From positions 30,717 to 94,716 of the IMG/VR virus record IMGVR_UViG_2675903066_000001: DNA of 64,000 nucleotides. One strand, written 5' to 3'. Below, one piece after another: positions 28,337-37,241 of this stretch. The first letter of the stretch is position 1. Each line of letters opens with the position of its first letter. Below the pieces are notes generated by a model that saw only the letters and a program-made list of their open reading frames with translations, was not told the DNA's origin and ran no database searches. Source of the stretch: a virus. Its lineage: Duplodnaviria; Caudoviricetes. A program made the position numbers and the translations under genes.

Positions 28337-28546
28337 ATGACACGCATCGCCGCGATCGCCATGAGCATTGTCTTCATCGTGGCGCTCATCGAGCACGCCC
28401 TAAAAGGCACTGCGCCCGCCATGCTCGTCGCCCTGGCCGCGCTCGCCATGGTGAGCGTCACCGCGACCGCGGCACTCGGCCGCCCCCGCCGCCTGGCCGG
28501 CCTCGCCTACCGCCGCGGCTATCAGGACGCCAGCCGGACGCCTTAG
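28337..28546 (+). CDS. Small two-TM membrane protein
   Basis: Two hydrophobic helices followed by AYRRG..DA; AAGGA RBS. Confidence 0.65.
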   Translation: MTRIAAIAMSIVFIVALIEHALKGTAPAMLVALAALAMVSVTATAALGRPRRLAGLAYRRGYQDASRTP

Positions 28547-29244
28547 CTCTCCTCGCGTTCCTTGACGAAGGTGCCCTTCGCGGCCACCGTCACGACCAGG
28601 CCCTGCTCCTGCAGCAGGGCGATCGCGGCCCGCACCACCTTTCGGGACATCTGGAACTGCTCAGCCAGCGCCACCTCTCCCGGCAGGCAGTCGCCCGGCA
28701 TGTAGCGGCCGTCGCGGATCTGCGCGGCGATCGCCTCGGCCAGCTTCTCGCCCTTCGTCGCCTCTCGACGAACTTGCGTTCCCTCAGGGCCGACGAAACG
28801 GCCGTGCCGACCGCGTGAGTGGATCAGACCCTCCTGGCGCAGCTCCCGCAGAGCCGCGCGGATCGCCGGCGAGGACAGCTTGTAGGTGGCCATCAGCTCT
28901 GGCTCCTTGGGCAGCTGATCTCCTGCCTTCAAGGTGCCCTTCGCGATGCCTTCGCGAATGTCGTGCAGCATCCGCCCGGTCGCTGACATCGGCGGCGTAC
29001 AGCCTTTGGGATCGGTGACGAACGAGCCGGAGCCTTGCACGGTGACGATCAAGCCCTTCCGCCTCAGGCGCTCGAGACCAGATCGGACGGCCGCGCGGCC
29101 GACGCCATACGCGGCTTGCAGGTACGGCTCGGACGGTAGCTGGTCACCTGGACGGAGTCTGCCCGCCTCGATATCGGCCAGCACGCCAGTCGCGACGCGC
29201 TCCCCCGGCGTCATGGCGGGGGCCTCGTCGAGGGATGTGGTCAC
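28543..29244 (-). CDS. Protein of three tandem GntR winged-HTH domains
   Basis: GDQLPSE, GDQLPKE and GDCLPGE units, each ending in a G.FV wing. Confidence 0.9.
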   Translation of the reverse strand: MTTSLDEAPAMTPGERVATGVLADIEAGRLRPGDQLPSEPYLQAAYGVGRAAVRSGLERLRRKGLIVTVQGSGSFVTDPKGCTPPMSATGRMLHDIREGIAKGTLKAGDQLPKEPELMATYKLSSPAIRAALRELRQEGLIHSRGRHGRFVGPEGTQVRREATKGEKLAEAIAAQIRDGRYMPGDCLPGEVALAEQFQMSRKVVRAAIALLQEQGLVVTVAAKGTFVKEREES

Positions 29245-29282
29245 GCGACTACGGTACCCCCGACACCCGACAACAGGTACAC

Positions 29283-29759
29283 CTATTGGGACGCGTTGGG
29301 TGGTTTTGGGTAGGTGCCCCGGCCCGGGACGGTGTAGACGACGTCCTGCTCGCGCAGAAGCCCGAGCGCCCGCCGCACCGTACCCTTGGCCACGCCGTAC
29401 TCCTGGGAGAGCTGCGTCTCGGACGGCAGCGGTGTCTCCTCGCTGAACCGGCCGGCCCGGACCTTCGCGGCCAGGTCGTCGGCGATCGACTGGAACTGCC
29501 AGCCGGCGCGGGCCTCCCGCGGTGCATTTTGCGGCCCGACGAACGAGCCTTCCCCTCGCACGGTATAGATCAGGCCCGCCTCGCGCAGCTCCTTGATGGC
29601 TCTGCGGGCGGTGATCCGTGCGACGCCATACTGCGCCATCAGCTCCGACTCCGAAGGGACCAACGCGCCCGGGCCCAGCTCGCCGTCATCGATGCGCTTG
29701 CGGAGCGCATCGGCGAGCTGGTCGTAGAGCGGCCGCGGGCCGCGCGGGTTGAGCTGCAC
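29283..29759 (-). CDS. Protein of two tandem GntR winged-HTH domains
   Basis: VPSESELMAQYGVAR and LPSETQLSQEYGVAK units; no effector domain. Confidence 0.9.
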   Translation of the reverse strand: MQLNPRGPRPLYDQLADALRKRIDDGELGPGALVPSESELMAQYGVARITARRAIKELREAGLIYTVRGEGSFVGPQNAPREARAGWQFQSIADDLAAKVRAGRFSEETPLPSETQLSQEYGVAKGTVRRALGLLREQDVVYTVPGRGTYPKPPNASQ

Positions 29760-29884
29760 GTCACGGACGCTAGATGTCCTGGTACGTGCTCCCATCGGCG
29801 ACTACATGTAGTTAGCAATTCTAATCCTTCTATTAAATCGTCTAGTACAAGCCCTAGACCGATAGGGACAGGTGCCATTACCGT

Positions 29885-30223
29885 GTGGATATGCCACCCA
29901 GAGACCACCACACCTCACGCATTCCGCCGGACAACACCGGGCTGCCTCAGGGCCTGGAGGAAGCCCTGGTTGTACTGGCTCACGACATCTGCGTCTGCGG
30001 AAAGCCGATCGTCCTCATGGGAAACGGCAAGTACCGCTCCACTGAGTGGCAACTCGCCGTTGACCGGTTGAAATGCCTCATCAACAGGTACCACCGGCCC
30101 GCCACGGAGGAAGACAAGGCCGCCCAGACAGCGCAGGTGCCCGCGCCCCATCAGTCGACGAGACGCATCCGGGTCACCGCACCCTGCAACCGTCCGACGC
30201 TTGGCGCGGGAGACTGGATGTGA
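29885..30223 (+). CDS. Hypothetical protein
   Basis: Divergent from the GntR gene; CxCG motif. Confidence 0.5.
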   Translation: MDMPPRDHHTSRIPPDNTGLPQGLEEALVVLAHDICVCGKPIVLMGNGKYRSTEWQLAVDRLKCLINRYHRPATEEDKAAQTAQVPAPHQSTRRIRVTAPCNRPTLGAGDWM

Positions 30224-30936
30224 GCGGCTACACCATCATTCCCCAGGTCATTGCCTACAGCGGCGAGATCGTCGACGACCCGATCATCTACGTACCGGAC
30301 GACGGCACCGACCGAGGAGAGAGGCTCTCTTACCAGGACCCGAAGTCGTCCGACTACCTCAACGGTGTGCTGCGCGCCCGCGTGAAAACGAACCGGGCTG
30401 GTGTGGTCCGCATGCGCAAGCTGAACACCCGGCGGCAGTGGGCGTGCATGGATCACGGCATGTGCCAGGTGTGCGGCAAGTTCGCGCGCGATCCGCAGAC
30501 GAAGCGCCTCTGGTGGCTGCTCGTGCCCCCGGTGTTCGAGCAGGTCGACGTCGACTCCGGCCGCACCAACGCGCCACCCATCTGCCAGACCTGCATCCCG
30601 TTCGCGCTGCGCGACTGCCCCATGCTGCTCAGGAACGTCACGTTGTGGTCGGTGGGCTGGACGGAGTCAGCCGGAGTGCTGGGCGACCTGTACCGGCCTA
30701 ACGTCTGCGGCATCCCGCACCTGAAGCTCAAGAACGTGTTCGTCCCGTGGGACAACTTCCGCCGCCTGCCGGACACGCTCGCCACGAGCCAGGTCCTGCT
30801 GCTGAAGGACATGCGGCAGCACGACCTCCCCGAGCCGGCGCCACCGGACCCCGAACCGATCCATCCTGTGGGGGTGCCTGAGCTGGCGTGGCCACCACCT
30901 CGCACCCAGGACCGCGCTTCCCCGCACAGGTCCTGA
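30220..30936 (+). CDS. Cys-rich hypothetical protein of actinomycete mobile elements
   Basis: RQ..CM...CQVCG...PPICQTC...CP; GTGA coupling. Confidence 0.7.
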   Translation: MSGYTIIPQVIAYSGEIVDDPIIYVPDDGTDRGERLSYQDPKSSDYLNGVLRARVKTNRAGVVRMRKLNTRRQWACMDHGMCQVCGKFARDPQTKRLWWLLVPPVFEQVDVDSGRTNAPPICQTCIPFALRDCPMLLRNVTLWSVGWTESAGVLGDLYRPNVCGIPHLKLKNVFVPWDNFRRLPDTLATSQVLLLKDMRQHDLPEPAPPDPEPIHPVGVPELAWPPPRTQDRASPHRS

Positions 30937-30987
30937 TGGGGTCCAGCCGCACGGTGCCCCGGTGGTGGCCACGCCACCCGGAAACGA

Positions 30988-31023
30988 CGAAGGCCCTGAT
31001 CCCAGATGGGATCAGGGCCTTCG
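30988..31023. terminator. Bidirectional terminator hairpin
   Basis: CGAAGGCCCTGATCCCA/TGGGATCAGGGCCTTCG between convergent genes. Confidence 0.8.
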
Positions 31024-31058
31024 CGATGAAGAACGGCCAACAGGCCAGTGATCAAAGC

Positions 31059-31523
31059 CTAGCCGATGGGCTTCGCGTTCGAGCGGGTCCGCGACAGAAC
31101 GGGCATCGCGTCCCGCGTGACCTCGAACGCCGCCAGATACCCGCCGTCACTCTCGCTGATCAGCCCCACGCCGTAGTCGACGCCGCACGGCTGGCACCGT
31201 ACCGAGAACTCCAGCCAAGCATCCGCCTTCAGGTGCGCCCACCGCGGGCAGCACGGCATCATCGACCACAGCATGCCGCCCCGCGCCAGCTCGGTGTACC
31301 GGTGGATGACGACTCCCTGGACCAGCTCGCGGTCCCCGATCGTCTTCGTCGGCCCGTACACGGTCGGCGTCGGGGCTTCGCTGGTCGACCAGGTCTTCGC
31401 GACGATCTCGTACCCGGCGCGTTCGATCGTGTCCTCCATCTGCCCGATCAACTGCTCGGGCTCCAGCGCGAGCTGGCCTGGGTCGCCCAGCAGCACGCGC
31501 AGGTCCTGCCGGTAGCCAGTCAT
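31059..31523 (-). CDS. Hypothetical protein
   Basis: GGAGG RBS; Cys pairs. Confidence 0.55.
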   Translation of the reverse strand: MTGYRQDLRVLLGDPGQLALEPEQLIGQMEDTIERAGYEIVAKTWSTSEAPTPTVYGPTKTIGDRELVQGVVIHRYTELARGGMLWSMMPCCPRWAHLKADAWLEFSVRCQPCGVDYGVGLISESDGGYLAAFEVTRDAMPVLSRTRSNAKPIG

Positions 31524-31939
31524 GCCACCTCCAACGCCGTGGCGTAGTGCGCGAGATACGTCTCGAGCCCATCGTCGTCGCCGGCGCGGCGGAAGTCCGG
31601 GCCGATGAAGCTCGTCATGAGCTTCGCCCCGCCGAGGAGAGTGGCGACCAACTCGGCCAACTGCTCGGGCGTCGGGAGCACGCGGTCACCGAACCAGGTC
31701 ATCTTGTCGACCACGTCGAACGGGCTCTCGCCAGGGACGCACCTGCTGTACGCCCAGCCGCGCTCCTCATCCCAGTAGAACAGCCGGTCGCCGGGCGCCT
31801 CGTTCGGGTCGCCGAGGTGCAGCACGCCCGCGCGTATCGGGTCGTTCGTGGTCTGGAGCCCGTTGATCTCGACGCCTCGGGCGATGACGGCGTTGCCGCA
31901 CGCCTCCATGTACGGCTCGTGCAGGGTCTCGCCGATCAC
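31520..31939 (-). CDS. DUF6292-like protein
   Basis: WDEERGW...VLPTPEQLA motif. Confidence 0.6.
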   Translation of the reverse strand: MIGETLHEPYMEACGNAVIARGVEINGLQTTNDPIRAGVLHLGDPNEAPGDRLFYWDEERGWAYSRCVPGESPFDVVDKMTWFGDRVLPTPEQLAELVATLLGGAKLMTSFIGPDFRRAGDDDGLETYLAHYATALEVA

Positions 31940-32262
31940 TGCTGTCCCTCCGGGCGGTAGGTGATTTCTTCGCGGATCTGCGGCTTCCACGCGTCGACGT
32001 CGACGGCCTCCAGGTCGGACAGGACGCGCGACAGCAGCTGCTCCCACTCCTCGACGCGGGCCCGCTGAGAGACGGGGATGGGGTAGGAGGACGGGCCGTT
32101 GAGCTGTCCACGCAGCATTTCGACGGCCGAGCCGATGCGCGACCGGCACGTCTTGACCTCCGTGCCAGCGTGTACCATCGCGCCCCACGGGCGGCGCCTC
32201 TCGTGGAACTCCCGCTGTCCTTCGCCCGGCTGCTGCTGCTCGGGCAGCTTGCCCTTAGCCAC
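31936..32262 (-). CDS. Hypothetical protein
   Basis: GGAGG RBS; coupled. Confidence 0.55.
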   Translation of the reverse strand: MAKGKLPEQQQPGEGQREFHERRRPWGAMVHAGTEVKTCRSRIGSAVEMLRGQLNGPSSYPIPVSQRARVEEWEQLLSRVLSDLEAVDVDAWKPQIREEITYRPEGQQ

Positions 32263-32364
32263 GGTTCTTCTCCTCCAGGTACTTGGCGAGGCTGTTCGCC
32301 CACTCTCGCGGGATCTGCGCGCGCGCCTCGGACAGCAGTCGGGCCGGGTCCAATCTGCTGGACA

Positions 32365-32691
32365 TCACAGGCCTCCGTTCTGCTCGGCACGGAACTCTGC
32401 GGCGGCCGGCTCGCAGCACACCGGCTCACCGACGACCTGGCCCTCGTAGGCCTCGGGGTGCTCGGCGAGATCCGCCTCGGTGACGGTCTCCCAGTCGTAT
32501 CCGCAGAATGAGCACACGGCGCGCTTGTCGAACTCGACCTTGACGCCGCGCACGTGGTCGACGTGGCGGTGTGTGGCGGCCGCAACCCTGTCGAGCAGGA
32601 GCAGAGTCGCAGCGTGGTCGCCGCGCGGGAGCACGTCTCGCAGGTCGGGCGTGATGACGAGACGGTAGTTGGAGTGGATCTCGCGTCTCAT
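32365..32691 (-). CDS. Hypothetical protein (CxxC)
   Basis: MRREIHS start; ATGA coupling. Confidence 0.55.
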   Translation of the reverse strand: MRREIHSNYRLVITPDLRDVLPRGDHAATLLLLDRVAAATHRHVDHVRGVKVEFDKRAVCSFCGYDWETVTEADLAEHPEAYEGQVVGEPVCCEPAAAEFRAEQNGGL

Positions 32692-32951
32692 CGGCAGTGA
32701 CCTTTCAAGGCGGCTTCCGCGCGCAGCCGCAGCAGCGCGTGGGCGATAGCGCCTACGGGGCCGCGGTGCTGGCCGCCCGCGTTGAAGTAGTCCTCGGCGG
32801 TTCGGCAGAGGAAGCGGAACTGCAGCTCGCCGTCGCTGTTGATGCACTGCTCACCATCGAGGGGCGGGCGCGCGGCCATCCTCTTCACAACGGGATCGAG
32901 CACGAGCTCGTCGACGGCGGACCGGTAGTGCGCGGGGGGCGGGGCGGTCAT
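32688..32951 (-). CDS. Hypothetical protein
   Basis: AGGAGG RBS. Confidence 0.5.
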   Translation of the reverse strand: MTAPPPAHYRSAVDELVLDPVVKRMAARPPLDGEQCINSDGELQFRFLCRTAEDYFNAGGQHRGPVGAIAHALLRLRAEAALKGHCR

Positions 32952-33172
32952 CAGTTTTCCTCCTGGTCGAGGGCCGCGCGCAGGGAGTGGACGAGCTTCT
33001 CGGCCTCGTCGAGGGCCATTTCGCTGAGGCTGCCGTCGAGGGTGCGGCCGCCGGGCAGCGGGTCGATGCAGATCGTGTTGCCGTCGTCGTGGCGGGAGAC
33101 CGCGACCGGGCTTCCGGCGACGGTGTACTCGTACGGATCGCCGACCCGGCTCGCCGTGGCTCTGTGCTTCAT
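32951..33172 (-). CDS. Hypothetical protein
   Basis: MKHRAT start, 17 bp downstream of a 19-bp motif copy. Confidence 0.5.
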   Translation of the reverse strand: MKHRATASRVGDPYEYTVAGSPVAVSRHDDGNTICIDPLPGGRTLDGSLSEMALDEAEKLVHSLRAALDQEEN

Positions 33173-33447
33173 ACTGTCCCTTCCGAATGCGCTACCGCTT
33201 GCGCTTTCTATGCGTCTTCCGCTGCGTTCGCGTGTGCGTGTAGTCGGTGCTGTGGTGGTCGGAGAGCGCGCATCGCTCATCTCCGATGCTATCCGACCGT
33301 CAGACAGGTTTATACCGTTAGGGGACATCTCAGAGCCCCTCAAAACCGGACATAACGGAACATTTGAGACGCGACAAAGCAGCGGCCGAACCAATACGGT
33401 GAGACACAGCACCAACCCGCCCCGCCACCACCACCCGGAGCAGCACC

Positions 33448-34287
33448 ATGCCCCGCAAGAAGTCCGACCCCAGAACGGTTGCGTTCGTCGAACCCGGAAA
33501 AGCGCAAGCGGAACCACAGGCACCTCGCAGGCCAATGCGCGTCCGGGAAGCCCAATGGACGAATCTCCACACCACCAGCGCCCGCCTCGACTCCACCACC
33601 GACGATCGGCTCACCGCCGCCGTGCAGCGCACCGGGCAAGGCCCGCAGGAGATCTGGGAAGACGCCATCAACTTCTTCTCCGATCGAACCGGCATCCCCG
33701 AGGAGATGCCGGCCACTGCGGACCTGAAGCTTCCAAGCCCCACGGAGTACCGCAAGGGCGGGCAGGACCTCCTCCAAACCACCGTTCGGCTCACCACCAA
33801 CACCAGAGCGCGTCTCGCTGCCGCAGCGTCGCGCCTCGGCCTGGGCGGAGCCGAGACCATCATCGAGGCACTCAACGCCTGGTTCGACGAGCTGGGCATC
33901 CCCGGCGAATACGACCGTGACAAGGTGTTCCAGCGGCCCACCCTGTACTCCACCGCCGCCAAGCTCGACGAGGCGACGCGCGCGCGAGTGAAAGCCGCCG
34001 CCGAGCAGACAGGCCAAAGCATTCAAGGGGTGTGGGAGACCGCGATCAACGCGTACGCCGGCCGCCATGGTGCACCCAAGCAGATGCCGGAAGGTTCGGA
34101 GGTGGCGTTGCCGACACCGCGAACGAAGAAGCGAGGCGGAGATGACAAGCCGACGGCTGTCCGGTTGACGGAGAACACCCGGGCCCGCCTGGTCGCGGTG
34201 TGCAGTCGCCAGTCCAGGACTGGCAGCGACGTGATCGCCGACGCATTGACGGCGTACTGTGATCGTCTCGATATCCCTGCGCCCTGA
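33448..34287 (+). CDS. Protein with four tandem ribbon-helix-helix domains
   Basis: Four repeats of T(S/T/A)(A/V)(R/K)L...T..R(L/V)...A(I/L).. ending in G/D-I/A-P. Confidence 0.75.
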   Translation: MPRKKSDPRTVAFVEPGKAQAEPQAPRRPMRVREAQWTNLHTTSARLDSTTDDRLTAAVQRTGQGPQEIWEDAINFFSDRTGIPEEMPATADLKLPSPTEYRKGGQDLLQTTVRLTTNTRARLAAAASRLGLGGAETIIEALNAWFDELGIPGEYDRDKVFQRPTLYSTAAKLDEATRARVKAAAEQTGQSIQGVWETAINAYAGRHGAPKQMPEGSEVALPTPRTKKRGGDDKPTAVRLTENTRARLVAVCSRQSRTGSDVIADALTAYCDRLDIPAP

Positions 34288-34457
34288 TCAGCACAGCTAT
34301 GATCGTTCTCCTCAGGCACGATCGCCTGGGTTGCTCGAAAGGCCGCTCCCGTCCACCCGGGGCGGCCTTTCTGCGTGCTTGCAGCTGATCACCTCTCTAG
34401 GATGTCGAATGTGTCGCAGTTGTCGGCGACACCACCCCGCCACCACAGAGGAGAAGC

Positions 34458-35321
34458 ATGCAACCCACCACCGTCGCCCCGCCTCCAACTGGCGACGAGC
34501 TTCCGCCGTGGCTCCGACCTCGCGTCCCGAATGGTTTCCGACCGCTCGACGCGCCCGCCCGGATGACCTGCGTCATGCAGAAGGGCGGCTCCGGCAAGTC
34601 CACCACCGCGGGCTGCATCGCCTGCGAGCTGGCGCTCATGGGATACCGCGTCCGCCTATGGGACGTCGACGCTCAGGGCGGCGGCGTCACCCACTGGTTC
34701 CAGCCAGCTCAGGCCGGCCAGGGCGAGCCGCTCAACCTGCTGCACCTGTTCAAGGGCGAAGCGACGGCCGACGAGGTCACCTACGCGACCCGCGTCCCGA
34801 ACCTCTACATCGTCCCGTCATTCACGAGCCTCAAGCAGGTGGAGCTCGGCCCGCCTCCCGGCGTTGAGTACGTCATCGACCAGGCCATCAAGGAGACCAC
34901 CGAGCCGATCGACGTTGAGATCATGGACTGCGGGCCCTCGCTCGGCCAGCTCACCATCGCGGCCCTGGTCGCCGCACCCAACGTCGTCGTTCCGTTCAAG
35001 GCCTCCGGGTTCGACCTCAACTCGCTGCGGGACCTGAACCGGACGCTGGCGCTGACGAAGAAGCGGCTGACGCCGGATCAGCGCATCCTCGCCGTGGTGT
35101 TGTCCGAGGTGCTGAAGTCGAACCTGACACGGGACGTGTTCGACGCCATGTGCAACGATTTCCCGGACGCGCTCGTCATGGGTGTCCGGCAGAGCGTGAA
35201 GGCGCGCGAGGCGACCTTGGAGTCGATCCGGCTGCCGCTGCACGAGTACGCGCCCGACGCCACGGTCCGCCAGGACTTCCAGTACCTGACCAGGATGCTC
35301 GTCGCTCCGAAGGCCGGGTGA
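34458..35321 (+). CDS. parA: ParA family partition ATPase
   Basis: QKGGSGKSTT deviant Walker A, DVDAQG and DCGPSLG. Confidence 0.93.
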   Translation: MQPTTVAPPPTGDELPPWLRPRVPNGFRPLDAPARMTCVMQKGGSGKSTTAGCIACELALMGYRVRLWDVDAQGGGVTHWFQPAQAGQGEPLNLLHLFKGEATADEVTYATRVPNLYIVPSFTSLKQVELGPPPGVEYVIDQAIKETTEPIDVEIMDCGPSLGQLTIAALVAAPNVVVPFKASGFDLNSLRDLNRTLALTKKRLTPDQRILAVVLSEVLKSNLTRDVFDAMCNDFPDALVMGVRQSVKAREATLESIRLPLHEYAPDATVRQDFQYLTRMLVAPKAG

Positions 35322-35323
35322 CG

Positions 35324-36061
35324 ATGGCGGCCAAATTTACTGTCGCGTCGACGCAGCCTGAGACGGGTTCCAGCGTCCTGGACGAGCTGATCGGCGCGGT
35401 GCCGGCGCAGTCTCCGGCGCCCGCGGGAAACAAATTTGTTTCTCAGCTCGACGCCAACTCTCCGCTGGACGAGGTGGAGAGCCGTATCACGGCGGCCACG
35501 AACGAGTACGTGGTCGAGGTCGGCACGCTGCTCGGCCTGGTCCGCGACAACGAGATGTGGAGGAAGTCGGAGACGCCGTACACCTCATGGGAGGAGTACC
35601 TGCGCATCCGGTGGGACTGGACGCCGCAGTACGCCAACCTCCTGATCCGGCTCGTCCCTATCGTCCAGGCGGTCAGCCCGCACTCCGATCGGCCCGTCAA
35701 CGCCGGGCAGGGCAAGGCGCTGTGGCCGATCTGGACGCAGGACGGCGGCCACGATAAGGCCGTCGAGGTTTTCAAGCAGACCCCCGGCAAGAAGTCGGCC
35801 GCGGCCATCACGCGTACCGCTGTGGCGCTGGGCTACATCGACGAGGAGACGAAGCCTCAGAAGGAGGCGAGAGCGGCCGCGCCGCCTGCGGTTCTGTCGC
35901 GGTTCCGTGAGTTCGCTGATCTGGTCAGCGAGGGCGATGGCAAGCACCTCATCGAGGCGGCCAAGGCCGACCCGGACTGGGGCAAGGGCGCGCTGCTCCC
36001 GACCCTTCGGCAGGCTGTGTGGATGCTGGAGTCAGAGTTCGGGGACCCCAGCGACGACTAA
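35324..36061 (+). CDS. ParA partner / putative centromere-binding protein
   Basis: Directly follows parA; G.LL..VRD..MWR...Y.SWEEY...RW....AN.LI helical domain; no classical ParB motif. Confidence 0.6.
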   Translation: MAAKFTVASTQPETGSSVLDELIGAVPAQSPAPAGNKFVSQLDANSPLDEVESRITAATNEYVVEVGTLLGLVRDNEMWRKSETPYTSWEEYLRIRWDWTPQYANLLIRLVPIVQAVSPHSDRPVNAGQGKALWPIWTQDGGHDKAVEVFKQTPGKKSAAAITRTAVALGYIDEETKPQKEARAAAPPAVLSRFREFADLVSEGDGKHLIEAAKADPDWGKGALLPTLRQAVWMLESEFGDPSDD

Positions 36062-36076
36062 CTGTCCCCGCCGACA

Positions 36077-36113
36077 ACGAAGGGCGCCCGCCGTGCTGGC
36101 GGGCGCCCTTCGT
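36077..36113. terminator. Bidirectional terminator hairpin
   Basis: 16-bp perfect stem between convergent genes. Confidence 0.8.
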
Positions 36114-36129
36114 GATGCGGGACGGCAGA

Positions 36130-36483
36130 TCAGTTGTCTCGTCTTGCGTTGAGGTCAACCTCGACGCCGAGGTGCCCCACAGCATTGTGGTAGCGACTGG
36201 CCGCTTCCTGAGCTTCCTCCAGCGCTGACCGCAGCGACGCCACATGCACCATGGCAGCGCGCCGATGCGTCGCGGGGTCTGCCTCGTTGTCGGAGCGGAG
36301 GATCACCCGCTGGGGCAGCATTTCCAGTTCCTCAAACACCTGCTGGGAGAGCGACTTCAGCGCCGCCAGCGTCTCTCCGAAGTGGCTGCCGGCCGCGTAC
36401 AGGTCGTCGACCGTCACGTCCTGGAGGTCCCTCGCGGCCTGGTGGAGGCGCTCTGCGCCAGCCTCAAAGTCGTCGATGCGCAT
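36130..36483 (-). CDS. Hypothetical helical protein
   Basis: Follows the PIN-like gene. Confidence 0.6.
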   Translation of the reverse strand: MRIDDFEAGAERLHQAARDLQDVTVDDLYAAGSHFGETLAALKSLSQQVFEELEMLPQRVILRSDNEADPATHRRAAMVHVASLRSALEEAQEAASRYHNAVGHLGVEVDLNARRDN

Positions 36484-36489
36484 GGGTTC

Positions 36490-36909
36490 CTACTCGTCTA
36501 GTTGAGACACCTGGACCACGACGAGGTGCCCCCATAAGGCTCTCGCCGTGGTCTCCCAGTGCGTGCCGTCCACCGTGAGGATGGGGCAGCCACGGAGAAC
36601 AGCTTGGAGAGCAGTCTGGACGTCCCACAGGTCGCCCTCCATCTCCTTGCGCATGTGCGCCAGATCCACGCTGTCATCAAACACGGAGAGAGCGGCCAGA
36701 CGAGTCGAGCCGAGCCGGCCGACGCCTCGCATGACGGCGAGCTGGTCGGCGGTGGCGGCTGTCTCCACGGTGGCGCCGGTGATGGCCAGGGCGGGGACGA
36801 TCATGGGGATCTGGGACGCGTCCAGCTCTTGGAGGAGGGCGATCACGTCGGGATCGCCGCGGCTTACTTCGGCGAGCAGGAGCGCGTCGAGGACGTACCC
36901 GTCAGCCAT
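36490..36909 (-). CDS. PIN-domain (VapC-like) toxin
   Basis: YVLDA N-terminus and D..D...A......ILTVD. Confidence 0.6.
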   Translation of the reverse strand: MADGYVLDALLLAEVSRGDPDVIALLQELDASQIPMIVPALAITGATVETAATADQLAVMRGVGRLGSTRLAALSVFDDSVDLAHMRKEMEGDLWDVQTALQAVLRGCPILTVDGTHWETTARALWGHLVVVQVSQLDE

Positions 36910-37150
36910 TCAGCAGTTCCCGCGCCTTGGCCGCGCGGCGCTGTGCCCGGTGTGTGACGGCGGGGTCCTGGTGGGCGCGTTCAACGGCTTCCTGCCATGC
37001 GAGGTCGGCGCGGCGGTCCTCCTCCATCTGGTGCAGGGCTGCCTGGTTGAAGAAGCTGGAGACGGATCGGGCGCGCCCGGCTTGGACCTGCTGCTGGGCG
37101 TAGGCGTGGGCCGCCTCGTCCACGGTGATGGTGATCGGCTTGGTGCTCAT
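36902..37150 (-). CDS. RHH antitoxin
   Basis: ITITVD...V.AGRA.SVSS...QA; overlaps the PIN gene. Confidence 0.65.
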   Translation of the reverse strand: MSTKPITITVDEAAHAYAQQQVQAGRARSVSSFFNQAALHQMEEDRRADLAWQEAVERAHQDPAVTHRAQRRAAKARELLNG

Positions 37151-37241
37151 ATATTCATCATATATTCGGGGCGGCCGAATGTCCCGTGGAAAACAGAAGG
37201 GCGAGACCGCCCCCGCAGCCTCGCCCTCCCATCCCAGACCT

